Source: Bdellovibrionota bacterium (GTDB lineage: Bacteria > Bdellovibrionota_C > UBA2361 > CALJRW01). From it: a DNA stretch of 64,000 nucleotides. A program made the position numbers and the translations under genes. Shown here piece after piece: positions 61,756 through 64,000 of the stretch; position 1 is the first letter of the stretch, and every line of letters starts with the position of its first letter. Location: the NCBI GenBank assembly GCA_041740355.1, contig JBGSMD010000016.1, positions 1-64,000 of the forward strand, given 5' to 3'. The notes beneath the pieces were generated by a model, which worked only from the letters and a program-made list of their open reading frames with translations, was not told the DNA's origin and searched no databases.

Positions 61756-62142
61756 TTACTTTAAATTATCAAAAATTTTAATATCTGGATCGTTCATCAC
61801 TCCCTCTTTAGAGATACGAGGTTGTGGACTAATAACAACGGTTAAATCATCAGCCAATTCACCGAGTTTAACGCGCCATTTTTCTTGATCTAGGATTGTT
61901 TCTGGACTTGCTATCCCTGCACCACGGTCAAATTCTTTAAGTGCCATCAGTAATAATTGTCTGGCACGAGAATAATGGCCAACTGCCTTTGAAAGGGCGG
62001 CCCCTTCGGCAACTTGAATACCCTCAGGTCCAGTTTCTGCGGAAACTGAAGAGAAAGATAATAGTAGTGTAATTAAAACCAGAGAAAACTTATTCATTTT
62101 GATTATGGGTAATATTCTAATTGCTATCACATGATAGCCCAA
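61756..62142 (-). CDS. Exported hypothetical protein, first gene of the tra-like operon
   Basis: Signal peptide MNKFSL...VSA/E (true start probably ATG 62097); 3 bp from the traL-like gene. Confidence 0.7.
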   Translation of the reverse strand: MGYHVIAIRILPIIKMNKFSLVLITLLLSFSSVSAETGPEGIQVAEGAALSKAVGHYSRARQLLLMALKEFDRGAGIASPETILDQEKWRVKLGELADDLTVVISPQPRISKEGVMNDPDIKIFDNLK

Positions 62143-62248
62143 AAATGATTCACTAAACAGACAAAATTATTCAAATTTTTACAAATCTTTCTATTGATTT
62201 TAATAAGCTACTGATATAACTTGGGAACTTCCTTTAAGCAGGTTTTCT

Positions 62249-62734
62249 ATGTACATCGGCGGAATTACATTTCACATCAATAAATCTTTTGCTAATTTGC
62301 AACTTGTTCCGGAGAGTCGGGGACTAAGAATAGTTTACAAGCCCGTAATTAATAATGTCGAGGTAGTGGAACACTTAGGCTTTATTGACCTTTTCTTACC
62401 AATTGATGCTGTGGGCGGACTGTGGGCAACAACGAAAGCATTTTTATATGCAGTAGAATCTTTGGATGAAAATATCATTTTACAAAATAATGGTACTGGC
62501 GATTCCACTAATGATATTTTGATAAAACTTTATCGTGATAAACCTCTTGGTGATCAAGGTAAATTAAATGGGCATGAAAGTTGTTGGTTAAGGATTGTAA
62601 ATGGGCGCAGTGAAGAGGAGCGTCGAAGAATTAAATTAGGGCCTCGCGATTTGCTTTGCTTAGAGCTTGCCTGTCAAAGTGTAATGACTATTGCCGGTGC
62701 CACTGCACAGCATAACCCTCAGAAGATTTCTTAG
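62249..62734 (+). CDS. Hypothetical protein, divergent from the tra-like operon
   Basis: 161 aa ORF with a weak RBS (CAGGT). Confidence 0.7.
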   Translation: MYIGGITFHINKSFANLQLVPESRGLRIVYKPVINNVEVVEHLGFIDLFLPIDAVGGLWATTKAFLYAVESLDENIILQNNGTGDSTNDILIKLYRDKPLGDQGKLNGHESCWLRIVNGRSEEERRRIKLGPRDLLCLELACQSVMTIAGATAQHNPQKIS

Positions 62735-62849
62735 CTTTGGATTTCAATAAACGTATTATGTCTTGGTATCCTTAAAGTACTTCCAATTATTGCTATCCTT
62801 TGCCTGATAAAACAGAATTTAACTGTTGAGACGATAGATAGACTTAATA

Positions 62850-63086
62850 TTAATAGTCTTTATTGTGACAACCAGTACTAAAACTTCCTAAGGCAGGTGG
62901 ATAAGTATAACAGACTTGATTCTTACTGCGAGGCTCATAAGCATCATGTTTATTATATTTCTGAATTTCCCGAATATGGTAGGCCTGCTTTGTATTTACA
63001 GATGTTTCATTTAGCATACCTAAATGATAATCGCGCGCTGTACATGAAGATAACAATAAGATCAGTCCACAAATTACCAAACGCAT
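62850..63086 (-). CDS. Small lipoprotein
   Basis: MRLVICGLILLLSSC lipobox; AAGGGA RBS. Confidence 0.65.
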   Translation of the reverse strand: MRLVICGLILLLSSCTARDYHLGMLNETSVNTKQAYHIREIQKYNKHDAYEPRSKNQVCYTYPPALGSFSTGCHNKDY

Positions 63087-63223
63087 GATTTTTCCCTTAA
63101 ATATAGAATCTCAAATGAATTAAGATCTAATTTTTGATTCTCTGCAAACCAGCTTGCTTACAAAGGATTTAGAGCTGTTATGGTAGGCTTTTGTCCTCCG
63201 TGCTGTCAATTAATCAAGTAATT

Positions 63224-63370
63224 TATATTTATGACAAAAGTAATTTTCGAATATTAAAAAGTAAGTTTTGTTATTTTTGTCATAACTATATGATTTTATT
63301 ATCCCTCCGGGGGCTAGAAAGGCCCAAAAAGTCCTTCCATACGAAAATTACTTTTTGCGCTTACAATATA
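63224..63370 (-). mobile_element. TATAGT MITE-like element, subtype 2 (147 bp)
   Basis: Reverse-complement homologue of 37963-38109. Confidence 0.85.
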
Positions 63371-63580
63371 CAAAGAGACTAAAAAATAACTAAACTAAAT
63401 AATATTGAGGTATTTCGGTTCCAATTGAGGCTTTAATCCTGAATTGTTGAAATGCTTAATGTCTTTCGGATAATTAAGTAAATAAATCCTAGAAGCAATT
63501 AAGAGGTAATACATGATGAGCACAGGTCAAGTATTATTGGCATAATTAATCTTAGAATAGTTTTATTTCATAATTAGAAA

Positions 63581-64000
63581 ATGTCACAATTAACAACACA
63601 ATTATCAAAATCACCAGAAGCAGAGAATAATGCTAAATTACCAACTAGGACTTTAGGCTACATATCTGTTGCCATCGCGGTGGCAAGTTTAAGTAGTTGT
63701 GTGCCATATGCTTATCCACCACAAGTTGGATCGTATCAAAATGCGCCTGCTAGAAACTATAATCAAGCACCTCAAGAATATAATTACCGAGCCAATAACT
63801 ATGTGGCACCACAGAACTCCTATAATATTCAAGGATCAGGTATTGAAGAGCAAACTAAAAGTATGCGAGAAGAAACCACTAGGATTGCTGCCTATAATCG
63901 TGCGGTTAATGCTTCAGCAAACGCTATACGGGCAGGAATTCCAAGTCAATTTCAAAATCGGGATACTAGAGCGATAGCTTTAATGCAGGCTAAAGCTACG
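63581..64000 (+). CDS. Partial CDS, probable lipoprotein (runs off the window)
   Basis: MSQLTTQ...GYISVAIAVASLSSCVPY...; 140 codons open to the window end with lipobox LSSC; not in the ORF track. Confidence 0.7.
   Translation, partial: MSQLTTQLSKSPEAENNAKLPTRTLGYISVAIAVASLSSCVPYAYPPQVGSYQNAPARNYNQAPQEYNYRANNYVAPQNSYNIQGSGIEEQTKSMREETTRIAAYNRAVNASANAIRAGIPSQFQNRDTRAIALMQAKAT

Noticed and set aside
63191-63382. 63 aa plus-strand ORF
   Set aside because: It translates a subtype 2 repeat copy
63699-63977. 92 aa ORF, and GCTAAAGCTACG at the window end as a mini-element
   Set aside because: Both lie within the longer lipoprotein frame starting at 63581

Overview
AT-rich (roughly 35% GC by eye) chromosomal segment of a Gram-negative bacterium. 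It encodes lipid A genes, type IV pilin-like genes and a sigma54-type promoter; a Bdellovibrionota/deltaproteobacteria-like lineage is my inference only. Most of the window is housekeeping: leuS, three tRNAs, a tRNA nucleotidyltransferase, msrA, htpX, a Xer-type recombinase, pdhAB, mlaA, gmhA, a FliA-type sigma factor, lipid A and riboflavin genes, and an oleA-oleBC-oleD olefin cluster. The most unusual items are: (1) a minimal F-like type IV secretion/pilus cluster (traL-E-K-B-V-C, a second TraV-like lipoprotein, then PH/SH3/M23/TraX/VirB2-like pilin genes) with no relaxase, coupling protein, integrase or traW/U/N/F/H/G in the window, which looks domesticated; (2) a dispersed TATAGT...ACTATA MITE-like family in two stem-swapped subtypes, whose hairpin loops have repeatedly taken up a ~30 bp mini-element; (3) a tRNA-Asp locus with a duplicated 5' half broken exactly at position 35/36, plus 3'-end duplications; (4) an LpxB-MsbA fusion; (5) a lipoprotein with three SLT-like domains that all lack the catalytic Glu; (6) a mosaic of asmA, oleD and hypothetical-gene fragments beside a pilin gene. 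All calls come from reading motifs by eye; no searches were run.
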